A stretch of 64,000 bases of DNA from Phycisphaerae bacterium (lineage in GTDB: Bacteria; Planctomycetota; Phycisphaerae; UBA1845; Fen-1342). A model generated the notes under the pieces. The model did no database searches. It was not told where the DNA came from and worked only from the letters and a program-made list of their open reading frames with translations. Of the stretch, positions 8,392 to 18,033 are shown one piece after another. Both the position numbers and the translations under genes were made by a program. The first letter of the stretch is position 1, and every line of letters begins with the position of its first letter. The stretch spans positions 64,001 to 128,000 of the forward strand of contig CAXXWX010000016.1 of assembly GCA_963675745.2 (NCBI GenBank), read 5' to 3'.

Positions 8392-11139
8392 ATGGTTTAC
8401 AAGTGTGTGTGTGCGTTGTTGTTGTTTGGTTTTTGCGGTACGGCGGTTCCTGCTCAACAGAAGCGCGTGTACATCGCCTGCGATGATCACACCGACTACT
8501 TCTGGTCGGGTGACGAGGAGGACTATCGCCAGGCCTTTCTTGACACGCTCGATTACTACCTCGATCTCGCCGATCAAACCGCGACCAATCCTCCCGAATA
8601 CCAGAGCCGCTGGAACTGTGACGGCAGCTTCTGGCTGTGGACGTACGAACAGAACCGCACGCCGGCACAATTCGACCGCTTGATGGACCGGCTGCGCGAT
8701 GGGCACATCAGCGCGCCGCTGAATGCCCTGTGCGTGTGCCTGGGCGGGACGCCGGCCGAAGCCGTCCTGCGGGGCATGTACTACCCGGGGCAGCTCGAGC
8801 GGCGTTATGGCCTGCGCTTTCGCATGGCGTACATGATCGAGAACCAGACGCTCCCGCACGGCCTGATCTCGCTGTGGGCCGGCTCGGGCGCGGAGTTCAG
8901 TTGGAAGGGTATCTGCGGCTGCGATTCGCGGGTTCCTGACGCGTGGGACCGCGAGCACGAAATCTATCGCGCGCTTGGCCCCGACGGGATGGAGTTGCTG
9001 ATGAAGTGGAACTCCATGCTGGCGGGCAACCAGAACATGGGCGGTTACGCCGAGGCGCGCAATCCCGCGACAACGATCGATTTCGTAACAACCGGCGCGG
9101 ACACGAACGGCTTCGCCGCGCGTTACCCCTATGACGTGATTGGCTGCTTCGGCAAGGGTTGGGATGACCTGGCAACCATGACTGACCAGTTCGTCACCAT
9201 GGCCGCCGAAATGTCCGACGCGACCCGGCAGGTGATTGTCTCGAACGAGAGCGATTTCTTCGACGACTTTCGGGAGACCTATTCCGTCAGCGGCCTGCCA
9301 ACCCAGTCGGCGACGTTCGGCAACGAATGGGAGTTGTACTGTGCCACGCTGGCCGAAATCTCGGCGCGCGTAAAACGCGCCGTCGAGAAACTGCGCGCGG
9401 CCGAGGCGCTGGCCACCGTCGCGACATTGTCAGAACCGGCATTCATGACGGGACGCGAGACGGCGCGCGACCAGGCGTTCATGGATCTCGGTCTCTTCTG
9501 GGAGCATGACTTCGGCATGGCCGGCTTCTCCAGCAGTCATCCCTGGACAATCGCGCGCATCGCCTGGCAGCGGCGCCTCGCGGACGAGATTGACGCCTAC
9601 GTGGATACGCTGCACGCCGACGCGTGTACCGCACTGGCACGGCAGATCCGCGCGAGCGGCCCCAACCCGCGGTTCTGCGTGTTCAATCCACTGGGCTGGA
9701 TACGCAGCGACCACGCCGACCTGCCCTGGGCCGCCACCGATCCGGTGCATGTGCTGGAGGTCGCATCCGGCGAACAGGTGCCCCACGAGTTCGTCACAAT
9801 CGACGGCCAGCAGTATCTGCGCATCGCGGCCGGCGACGTGCCATCGGTCGGGTACAAGGTCTACGAGGTCGTGCCGGGGGCCGGAAGAACCTTCACCCCC
9901 GCCGCCAAGATAATGGAGCAGATGGTTGAGACGGACCGCTATCGTGTCACATTCACGGAGCGCGGCGCCGTCACCAGCATCATTGACAGGACGATGGGCG
10001 ATCGCGAATTCGTCCGCACGATAGACGGCCGCGCGGTCAATGACCTTGGTTCGTCGAGTGGTGTCGTGACGGTCGAGCACTCCGGGCCGGTCTCGGTGAC
10101 GCTGCGCGCCGATGCAACCGCCCCGCTGCAACATACGACGCGGCTGACCCTGTATAACGACTCCGACAGAATAGAGCTGCAAAACGAGATCACGCAGAAC
10201 TTCGACGACACGTATACCTGGGGGTTCGGATTCGACCTCGACAATCCCGTCTTCCGGCACGAAGAGGTTGGCGCCATTCTCACCGCGGCGCTCACGGACA
10301 GCGGCGGGGATTACGCCACGCGCAACGCGCGCTATGACTGGTTGACGCTGAACCACTTTGGTGACATGACCGGCGGCGACGGCGTCGGTGTCACGCTTTC
10401 GAATGCTGATTGCTATTTCGCCAGGCTGGGCAACAGCACCACGGCGTTGCTCGATGAAACCACGCCGGCACTGTCGGTGCTGGTCGGTGGGCGCGTGGCC
10501 AACGGGAGTAACGGTATCCGCTACCAAGGCGGCGACACCTACTTCCGGCAGCGCTTCGCGTTGCGCACGCACGCGGCCTATGACCAGGCCGGCGCGATGC
10601 GCTTTGCGCTGGAGCACCAGAACCCGCTGGTCTGCATTCTCCTGAACGGCGCTGATTCACAATTGCCCGCGGACGAGTTCTCGCTCTTGTCGGTGGCATC
10701 CACGGACGTCCTTCTTTGGGCCCTCAAGCCGGCGGAGGAAGATGACGGCGGAACGATCCTCCGTTTGTGGAACACGTCAAACGCCCCGACCACGGCCGAC
10801 ACCGTGGCCTCCGGTGTGCGCATTAACGCCGCCAGCGCCACGACGCACATTGAGACCGACATAGAGACGCTGCCGTTCTCGCAATTCAGTGTATCAAGCG
10901 ACTTTGCCCGCCAGCAGTTTCAGACCTTGCGCTTGACACTGGCAAAGCCGGGCGATGTAAACTGTGACGGTTACGTCAACGGCGCCGACATCGATCCGTT
11001 TGTCATGGCCATCACCGATACCGCCGCTTACGACCAGGCGTATCCTGACTGCTACATTACGCTGGCGGATGTCAACGGCGACGGCAACGTCAACAGTGGC
11101 GACATCGACGGGTTTGTGATGCTGTTGAGCGCCTGGTGA
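8392..11139 (+). CDS. Secreted GH38 (alpha-mannosidase-like) glycoside hydrolase with C-terminal dockerin-like domain
   Basis: Signal peptide; DDHTDYFW metal motif; WEHDF; VFNPLGW; VPSVGYKVY; LKPAEE..ILRLWN; C-terminal GDVNCDGYVNGADID...ADVNGDGNVNSGDID. Confidence 0.75.
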   Translation: MVYKCVCALLLFGFCGTAVPAQQKRVYIACDDHTDYFWSGDEEDYRQAFLDTLDYYLDLADQTATNPPEYQSRWNCDGSFWLWTYEQNRTPAQFDRLMDRLRDGHISAPLNALCVCLGGTPAEAVLRGMYYPGQLERRYGLRFRMAYMIENQTLPHGLISLWAGSGAEFSWKGICGCDSRVPDAWDREHEIYRALGPDGMELLMKWNSMLAGNQNMGGYAEARNPATTIDFVTTGADTNGFAARYPYDVIGCFGKGWDDLATMTDQFVTMAAEMSDATRQVIVSNESDFFDDFRETYSVSGLPTQSATFGNEWELYCATLAEISARVKRAVEKLRAAEALATVATLSEPAFMTGRETARDQAFMDLGLFWEHDFGMAGFSSSHPWTIARIAWQRRLADEIDAYVDTLHADACTALARQIRASGPNPRFCVFNPLGWIRSDHADLPWAATDPVHVLEVASGEQVPHEFVTIDGQQYLRIAAGDVPSVGYKVYEVVPGAGRTFTPAAKIMEQMVETDRYRVTFTERGAVTSIIDRTMGDREFVRTIDGRAVNDLGSSSGVVTVEHSGPVSVTLRADATAPLQHTTRLTLYNDSDRIELQNEITQNFDDTYTWGFGFDLDNPVFRHEEVGAILTAALTDSGGDYATRNARYDWLTLNHFGDMTGGDGVGVTLSNADCYFARLGNSTTALLDETTPALSVLVGGRVANGSNGIRYQGGDTYFRQRFALRTHAAYDQAGAMRFALEHQNPLVCILLNGADSQLPADEFSLLSVASTDVLLWALKPAEEDDGGTILRLWNTSNAPTTADTVASGVRINAASATTHIETDIETLPFSQFSVSSDFARQQFQTLRLTLAKPGDVNCDGYVNGADIDPFVMAITDTAAYDQAYPDCYITLADVNGDGNVNSGDIDGFVMLLSAW

Positions 11140-11165
11140 CGCGCAACGTTGCGGGAGGTTTCTGC

Positions 11166-12191
11166 ATGCCGGGTTTGAGCCGTTTTCGCGTAGCCGCCGC
11201 GGTTCTGGCGGCGACAGTCTGGTTAGTCGCCGACCTGCACGCCGCGCCCCCCACCTCGCAACCCGGTCTGCTGGCGGGTTTCGACCTCAGCCAGCACTTC
11301 GATGAGCAGATACGCACGTACACGTTCGAACCGGATGTGACCGTACACATCAATGCGCCGTCCCCGAAGCGGTTTGATCCGGACAAGCCCACCAGGCTCA
11401 TCCTGTATGCCCTGCCAAACGGCAATACGATCGCGCAGACCATCGGCCGACAGCGCGGCGAGGGGGTCGATTGGCACTTCTACATCCAGCACATCGGCGC
11501 GCAGACACGGCAGCTACGTGAAGTGATCACGGACGAGAACCTGGTGGTCGCCTATCTCGAAGCCGGCGGACGAAGTTGGCCGCACTGGCGCAAGAAGCAC
11601 GAAAACTCGGGCGCCCTGATCGCCAAACTGATCGACTCGGTCAAAGCGCAGTTCTCGGGGAAAGTCACCGTAGACCTGGCCGGCCACAGCGGCGGCGGCA
11701 GCCTTATCTTCGGCTATGTGCAGCACGTCGGCGACATCCCCGACTGGATCGGACGAATCGTCGCGTTGGATGCCAATTACGCCTACAGCGATGAGCGGCA
11801 ACACGGTGACAAGCTGATTAGCTGGCTGCGGCGCTCCACCGACCATTACCTGTGCGTGGTCGCCTACGACGACCGCCGCATTCGCATCAACGGTAAGCTG
11901 GTCGTCAGCCCGACGGGAGGCACCTATCGCGCAACCCAGCGCATGCTCGACAGGTTTCGCCGTGATCTCAGCCTTGACGAATCCAAAACGGCCGCTTTCA
12001 CGCGTTACCGAGCGCTGGACGGACGCGTTGACTTCATCCTGGTCGACAACCCCGACGACAAGATCCTGCACACTGTTCTGGTCGAGAAGAACGGCTACAT
12101 TCACGGCCTCACGTCCGCAACGCCATTCGAAGGGCGCGCGGGGACGTTCTGGGGCCCTGTCACGTATACAAAGTGGATTCAGCCGGATTGA
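11166..12191 (+). CDS. Secreted alpha/beta-hydrolase-like protein of unknown function
   Basis: SD gggagg before ATG 11166; signal peptide; nucleophile elbow GHSGGG. Confidence 0.6.
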   Translation: MPGLSRFRVAAAVLAATVWLVADLHAAPPTSQPGLLAGFDLSQHFDEQIRTYTFEPDVTVHINAPSPKRFDPDKPTRLILYALPNGNTIAQTIGRQRGEGVDWHFYIQHIGAQTRQLREVITDENLVVAYLEAGGRSWPHWRKKHENSGALIAKLIDSVKAQFSGKVTVDLAGHSGGGSLIFGYVQHVGDIPDWIGRIVALDANYAYSDERQHGDKLISWLRRSTDHYLCVVAYDDRRIRINGKLVVSPTGGTYRATQRMLDRFRRDLSLDESKTAAFTRYRALDGRVDFILVDNPDDKILHTVLVEKNGYIHGLTSATPFEGRAGTFWGPVTYTKWIQPD

Positions 12192-12203
12192 CCGCCGGCC
12201 GCG

Positions 12204-14105
12204 TCAATAGCTGGGGTTCGTGACAATCCCCTCATCACTCAGCAGCACGTGGAGGTCCGGGTCGGCCAGCACGTCGGCCACGCTCGTCTCCACGCCGTCA
12301 ATCAACATCCGCTGACTGACAAGCCGAATCCCGTGGCTATAGTCGGCGTACCAGTCGACGTGGCCGAGGTACAACGGCTGGATCGGCACGCCACTGAGCT
12401 GGTGCCAGCCGTAGATGGCGACGTGACCGGGGTTGCTGGCAAGCAGCGGCGTCACGACGACATCCTTCTTGATGCCACCGACGAGTTGCCCAAGCGGATA
12501 ACCCGTGCGCTGCCCTTCGATAATCTCATGGTGTCGATAGAACGTCGTCACCAGTGTGATGTCGACGGTGGCCGGGCTGATCGGCCGCGGCGCGAGCTTC
12601 ACCGCCGACTGGGCGTACACGGCGTCAACGATCTTTCGCGTGGGCAGCAGGCACTCAAACGCATCAGCGATCGGCTGGGCGATCAGCGGGGTCATCGGGA
12701 TGCGGGCGAAGTCGCTGTCCTTGCCGATGCACAGATAGTCGGGCATGACGTAGATCGTCGCCGCAACAGGCACGCCATCAACATCGCCGCTCATGTCGAT
12801 CGGTACGAAAGTGCGGAGAAAGCCCGGGATGTTCCCGCCGACGATTTCCTCCTGAATCCGCTCCTCGCGCTGCGTCAACGCCAGCGCGGCGACCTCGGCC
12901 ATGACCTGACTGCCGGTCGGAGCATCCTGCGCGCGCGGCGGAATCGGCCCGACAGTCGCGGCCGTCTGGAAAACGGACCAATCGTACAGGTCCAGCGCCC
13001 CATCGCCATCATCGTCAAAAGTGGTCAGCCACGCGGCCACGCACTCCGGGGCCATGGAATGCGGTACGGTTGCGGGACCGTCCAGGCCAAGCAGCGATGA
13101 CTCGAAGTCGGCTACGTCCACGTCTCCGTCTAGATCGAAATCGCCGGCAACGCCCGTTTCGCACTCGTCGAGCGTCCCGTTGCCGTTGCAGTCCAGGCTC
13201 GCGCCACCGCTCAGGTCCAGGTCATCCGGCACGCCGTTGCCGTTGCAGTCCGGGGCCTCCACGCGCACGTTGTCGAATATGACAAAGTTGTCCACGGCCG
13301 GGTCCGCGAGCGATGCGAATGTGTCCATGTAGCCGAGCATGATGTTGCCGGCGCTGAGCGAATTATCCAGCCGAAACGCAACGAGCATTCCGTTAAGGCG
13401 CCATTCGATTACGCCGGCGCGCTGGCTGACTTCGACCTCGACCCATTGCTTGCCCGGGGCGCCTTGCGTCTCGAATGGCGGGTTGGGGAAGAGAGTCTGA
13501 TAGAAGTCGGCCGTGTGGTTACGACTGGCGGCGGCGTAACCACCGGCGGTGGTGGACAGCAACGTCGCGTCGCGATACGCGCGGTAGTCATCCGAATCGC
13601 CGCCCTCGCCGCTCATGGCGAACCAGAATCCGTCACTGTTCGGATTGCCCGCCCAACTGACTTGCGAACCGCTGTGGTTGATGCCAAAAGTGGCGAACTC
13701 AGTGGAGCCGGTGCCCCCACCCGCCCCGCCGTTGTAGTTCAGCCACACGTCGAACTTCAGTGTGCGTGTCGCCGATAACTCGAGGCCGACGGGAAACGCG
13801 CTGACCGCGTCGGTGGCGGGATTGCCATCGTTGTTGTTCACTGTCAGGTGCAGGCCCACGGTCGTGCCACCGGACGAGTTGGGCGCCGGCGGGATGCCGC
13901 GCGTGCTGTAGTCGTAGGCAAAATCTGCCGAAAAATCACCTGCGTGGCTCAAGACCGACCAGTTGGCGGCGGACCCACCGGCATCAAAGTCGTCTGAAAA
14001 CACGATGGCCTGGCCTCGCGCGGGGGCGCAGGCTGACAGTGACGTAGCCAGCATGCACACCAGTGCGGGCACGAGGCGCGTCCTCAAAGCAGATGGAGAT
14101 TCCAT
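12204..14105 (-). CDS. Secreted multidomain protein: lectin-like N-domain, internal EF-hand/dockerin-like repeats, unassigned C-terminal domain
   Basis: Signal-like N-terminus; FSDDFD...FDNVRV beta domain; DCNGNG repeats; DFDLDGDVDVADF; C-domain YGWH..IQPLYLGHVDWYADYSHGIRLV. Confidence 0.65.
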   Translation of the reverse strand: MESPSALRTRLVPALVCMLATSLSACAPARGQAIVFSDDFDAGGSAANWSVLSHAGDFSADFAYDYSTRGIPPAPNSSGGTTVGLHLTVNNNDGNPATDAVSAFPVGLELSATRTLKFDVWLNYNGGAGGGTGSTEFATFGINHSGSQVSWAGNPNSDGFWFAMSGEGGDSDDYRAYRDATLLSTTAGGYAAASRNHTADFYQTLFPNPPFETQGAPGKQWVEVEVSQRAGVIEWRLNGMLVAFRLDNSLSAGNIMLGYMDTFASLADPAVDNFVIFDNVRVEAPDCNGNGVPDDLDLSGGASLDCNGNGTLDECETGVAGDFDLDGDVDVADFESSLLGLDGPATVPHSMAPECVAAWLTTFDDDGDGALDLYDWSVFQTAATVGPIPPRAQDAPTGSQVMAEVAALALTQREERIQEEIVGGNIPGFLRTFVPIDMSGDVDGVPVAATIYVMPDYLCIGKDSDFARIPMTPLIAQPIADAFECLLPTRKIVDAVYAQSAVKLAPRPISPATVDITLVTTFYRHHEIIEGQRTGYPLGQLVGGIKKDVVVTPLLASNPGHVAIYGWHQLSGVPIQPLYLGHVDWYADYSHGIRLVSQRMLIDGVETSVADVLADPDLHVLLSDEGIVTNPSY

Positions 14106-14332
14106 TGTGCTTAAACGCTCCTGAAAGAGGGGGGACAGCACTTCCAGTGTCGCACTTTTCACAACTCATAGCAAGCCGCGCGCAGCTCCCCGGCGCTAAG
14201 AGCGTCAGCCCGATAAACGTTGCCTTTGGCCGGATGTGCATCACCTGCTATGATGTAGTCAAGCGCGTCGATGCCGTGTGCCGGCGGCCGACCGCGCTGG
14301 CCCTACCTCATTTGTTTCATGGAGTCCGCAGC

Positions 14333-17158
14333 ATGATTCGCACGGTTGTCACCATCGCCGCCGTAGCCGCTGTGCTGGCATCAACGGGCATCGCAGCGGC
14401 CGAGCCTCGTCCGGACACGCCCGCCGTCGTGGCGGATGGTTTCGAGCATTACGAGGTGCCAGCCGATCCGTACCTGCCCCCCGCGCCCAATCCGCGCGGA
14501 CCACACCGGGCGTCGCAGTGGGTCCGTGACGGCTATGTCAGCATTCAGGTCAACGTGGATGAATTCGGCAACAACATCCCCAACGATGCCGCCAATGAGC
14601 CGTCGATCGCCGTCAACGCCATTGATCCGGACAACATCGTGATTGCCTGGCGTCAGTTCGATAACATCGCCAGCAACTTCCGCCAGGCGGGCTATGCCTA
14701 CACGCTCGACGCCGGCCAGACCTGGATCTTCGATTGGCCGCTCGAAGCGGCGGTGTTCCGCTCCGACCCGGTTCTCGACTCGGACGGCGACGGGAATATC
14801 TACTACAACAGCCTCTCGCACCCCGATGAATTCGTCTGCACCGTGTTCAAGACGTCCGACGGTGGCCAGACGTGGGACGACGGCACATTCGCCGCCGGCG
14901 GCGACAAGCAGTGGATGGCCATCGACAGATCCGACAGCATCGGCCGCGGACACATCTACGCCTTCTGGACGCAGTGGTTCAGCAACTGCCAGCCCGGCCA
15001 CTTCACGCGCTCCACCGATGGCGGCCAGTCATACGAGGCCTGTGTCGAGGTGCCCGGGCAGCCGGCGCGCGGCACGATCGCCGTCGGTCCGGATGGCGAG
15101 GTATATGTCGCCGGTGAGGGCGTTATCGTGGCCCGCTCAACGACCCTGCGCGACGCCGGCACGACGGCCGCATTCCAGGGCGTCAACTATGTCGATCTTG
15201 ACGGCGACATCCCGCCGTATGGAGGTCCCAATCCCGCCGGTTTGCTGAGCCAGGTCTGGGTTGCGGTCAACCATTCCGACGGTCCGAACCGCGGCCACGT
15301 GTATGTCGTCAGCGCCGTGGACCGCGACAGCACAACCGACCCGGCCGACATCATGTTTGCGCGCAGCACCAACGGGGGCGTCTCCTGGAGTTCGCCCGTG
15401 CGGGTTAACGACGACTCCGCGTGGAATGGTGCCTACCAGTGGTTCCCCACGCTCTCGGTGGCGCCAAACGGGCGCATCGACATAACCTGGAATGACACGC
15501 GCAATGACCCCGGCGGATACGATTCCGAAGTGTACTACTCCACCTCGCATGACGGCGGCTTGACGTTTTCACCCAACGTCGCCGTCAGTCCCGCTTTCGA
15601 CCCCCACCTGGGCTGGCCCCAGCAGAACAAGATCGGCGACTACACACACGCCGTCTCCGACAACGATGGAACCTCGCTGGCCTACTCCGCCACGTTCAAC
15701 GGCGAGGAGGATGTCTATTACCTGCGGATTCCCGCGCCCTGCTCGGACGCCGGCGACCTCCGCATCGATCGACCGAAGTACGCCTGCGACGGAAACGTCG
15801 CCATCGTATTGTATGATTGCGGCCTCAACACCAATGACGGAGTCACCGAGACGGCCGCCGTGACGATTTCTTGCGAGAGCGAGCCGGGCGGCGAGAGCGT
15901 CGTGCTCACCGAGACCGGCCCGGATACCGCCCGCTTCACCGGCCAGATCGCGCTCAGCACCAGCGACAGCGCCGGGGTTCTGCACGTGGCCGAATTCGAC
16001 ACGATCACCGTGCTCTATACAGACGCCGACGATGGGCTCGGGCACCACAACGTTGCGGTCACGGTTGACGCGCCGGTCGATTGCACCCCGCCGCTGGTCA
16101 GCGCGGTGAATGTCACCGACATAGAGCCTGACAGCGTTGTCGTTCACGTCGACGCCGACGAGCCGATCAAACCACTGGTCTCGTACGGACCGGCTTGCGA
16201 TGCGTTGAATGACACGGCGACAATCAAGCAGTTCTATGCCGCGAGCGACGTGCCGCTTACCGGATTGGAGCCCGGCGCGACCTACCGGTTTATGGTGGAT
16301 AGCGCGGACGAGGCCGGCAATGTCTTCGCCGACCCGACCTGCTATGAGTTCACCACGACGGCCGTACCCGACTACTTCACCGAGTTGTTCGACGGAAACG
16401 ACAACGACCTGGACTACACGCAACTTACCTTCCAGCCCGACGCCAGTGAGAGTTTCTACGCGGGCTGCGCCGCGCAGATTGCCGAGCTCCCGACCGATCC
16501 GGCCGGCGGCACGATCCTGCCGGCGGTTGATGACTTCTATTCGATCGCTGATCTGGTGGATGGAAAGACGGTCTCGCTCTACGGCCACGCATACTCGCGC
16601 TTCTACATCGGCGGCAACGGGTATCTTACGTTTTTCTCGGGACAGACCGATGCCGACGAGACTCTGGCCAAGCACCTGGGCCAATTGCGCGTCTCCGGTT
16701 TGTATGATGATCTCGATGCAAGTGCCGGCGGCTACATAACCTGGAAACAGCTCGACAACCGGGCCGTAATCACCTACGTCAATGTTCCGGAAAAGGGCGC
16801 GGGTGGCGACAACACCTTCCAGATCGAGATGTTCTTCGACGGGAAGATCACGCTTAGCTATCTCAACATCGATGCGCAGGACGGCCTCGCCGGACTTTCG
16901 CGCGGCGGCTACCCCTTTGATGACTTTTTCATGAGCGATCTCTCGGAGCTTGGCTCCTGTGATGCGACCGGGGACACTAATTGCGACGGGTTGGTCAACA
17001 ACGGCGACATCGATGCGTTCGTGCTGGCCCTGAACGACCCCGCCGAGTACGCGGTTCAGTATCCCGGCTGCGATATCAACAATGCTGATACCAACGGCGA
17101 CGGGCTCGTCAACAACGGCGACATCGATGCGTTTGTCGCCCTGGTTTCATCGAAGTAA
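14333..17158 (+). CDS. Secreted Asp-box (sialidase-like) beta-propeller + Ig/FN3-like + nidogen-like domain + dockerin-like tag (paralog A)
   Basis: SD ggag and ATG 14333; repeated S/TxDGGxT/SW Asp boxes; C-terminal GDTNCDGLVNNGDID twice. Confidence 0.8.
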   Translation: MIRTVVTIAAVAAVLASTGIAAAEPRPDTPAVVADGFEHYEVPADPYLPPAPNPRGPHRASQWVRDGYVSIQVNVDEFGNNIPNDAANEPSIAVNAIDPDNIVIAWRQFDNIASNFRQAGYAYTLDAGQTWIFDWPLEAAVFRSDPVLDSDGDGNIYYNSLSHPDEFVCTVFKTSDGGQTWDDGTFAAGGDKQWMAIDRSDSIGRGHIYAFWTQWFSNCQPGHFTRSTDGGQSYEACVEVPGQPARGTIAVGPDGEVYVAGEGVIVARSTTLRDAGTTAAFQGVNYVDLDGDIPPYGGPNPAGLLSQVWVAVNHSDGPNRGHVYVVSAVDRDSTTDPADIMFARSTNGGVSWSSPVRVNDDSAWNGAYQWFPTLSVAPNGRIDITWNDTRNDPGGYDSEVYYSTSHDGGLTFSPNVAVSPAFDPHLGWPQQNKIGDYTHAVSDNDGTSLAYSATFNGEEDVYYLRIPAPCSDAGDLRIDRPKYACDGNVAIVLYDCGLNTNDGVTETAAVTISCESEPGGESVVLTETGPDTARFTGQIALSTSDSAGVLHVAEFDTITVLYTDADDGLGHHNVAVTVDAPVDCTPPLVSAVNVTDIEPDSVVVHVDADEPIKPLVSYGPACDALNDTATIKQFYAASDVPLTGLEPGATYRFMVDSADEAGNVFADPTCYEFTTTAVPDYFTELFDGNDNDLDYTQLTFQPDASESFYAGCAAQIAELPTDPAGGTILPAVDDFYSIADLVDGKTVSLYGHAYSRFYIGGNGYLTFFSGQTDADETLAKHLGQLRVSGLYDDLDASAGGYITWKQLDNRAVITYVNVPEKGAGGDNTFQIEMFFDGKITLSYLNIDAQDGLAGLSRGGYPFDDFFMSDLSELGSCDATGDTNCDGLVNNGDIDAFVLALNDPAEYAVQYPGCDINNADTNGDGLVNNGDIDAFVALVSSK

Positions 17159-17290
17159 CGATCGCGCTGCCGGGCCGCGGCGGCTGACGTTCTCGTTGCT
17201 CGTTTCGACCGGCTGAAAGCCGGTCCCACAGGTTTCTTGACCGGGCGGAAGCTGGTCTGACAGCTATGACGTTTGCCGAGGAGCGACGAG

Positions 17291-17785
17291 ATGAGGTGTA
17301 TTGACGCGGTTCGGGCATTGCTTCTGATTGGCGTGGCCTGTGCTTTTGTGGGGTGCGATCACGGCGGGCGCCAGGCGCCGGCGGTTGATAGGCCCGATAA
17401 CACAGAGACCATCGAAGAATTCTGGGCCGACGGCACGCCAAAGCTGCGCGAGACCGTCGTCCGTGCCCCCGACGGCACCATCATCCACCACGGCCGCTAC
17501 CAACGCTGGCACCCAAACGGCAAGCTCGAGTACGAGACCACCTTCGTCCACAACCGCAAGGACGGTACGGCGACGCGCCACCATAAGAATGGCGGCAAGT
17601 GGACCGAGGAACACTATGTGGACGGGGAGAAAAACGGCGTCTGCCACACCTGGGACGAAGGCGGCAACCTCCGGCAGGAACGCGTGTTCTGTGGTGGTCG
17701 ACCGTGTGGCACCTGGACAACCTGGAAGGCCGATGGCACCGTCAAAGCCGTGCAGACCTTTGAGGACGTCACTTTCCAACCGTAG
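17291..17785 (+). CDS. MORN-variant repeat (YwqK-like) lipoprotein
   Basis: SD gaggag; lipobox AFVGC; repeats HGRYQRWHPNGKL, DGTATRHHKNGGK, NGVCHTWDEGGNL. Confidence 0.8.
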   Translation: MRCIDAVRALLLIGVACAFVGCDHGGRQAPAVDRPDNTETIEEFWADGTPKLRETVVRAPDGTIIHHGRYQRWHPNGKLEYETTFVHNRKDGTATRHHKNGGKWTEEHYVDGEKNGVCHTWDEGGNLRQERVFCGGRPCGTWTTWKADGTVKAVQTFEDVTFQP

Positions 17786-18033
17786 TCCGCGGCGTCGGCA
17801 CTCACGCGCCAGCAGGCCGCAGCGCCGGGCGCCTCGTCCCGGCGCCGGACCGTCGATTCTTGTCGTGTCCGCTTTGCAGGAACGTTATGATGGGGTGAAA
17901 TGCAGCAGCGCAGTGCGACGGACAAGGCCTGCCGGAGGGGTGAGCCAACCAAGCATTGACCGATAAGCACCTATGAGCAGGTTCGGCGAAGTGCGCGGGC
18001 GCCGGCCTCGGCGGCGTACCAAAGGAGCACCGG

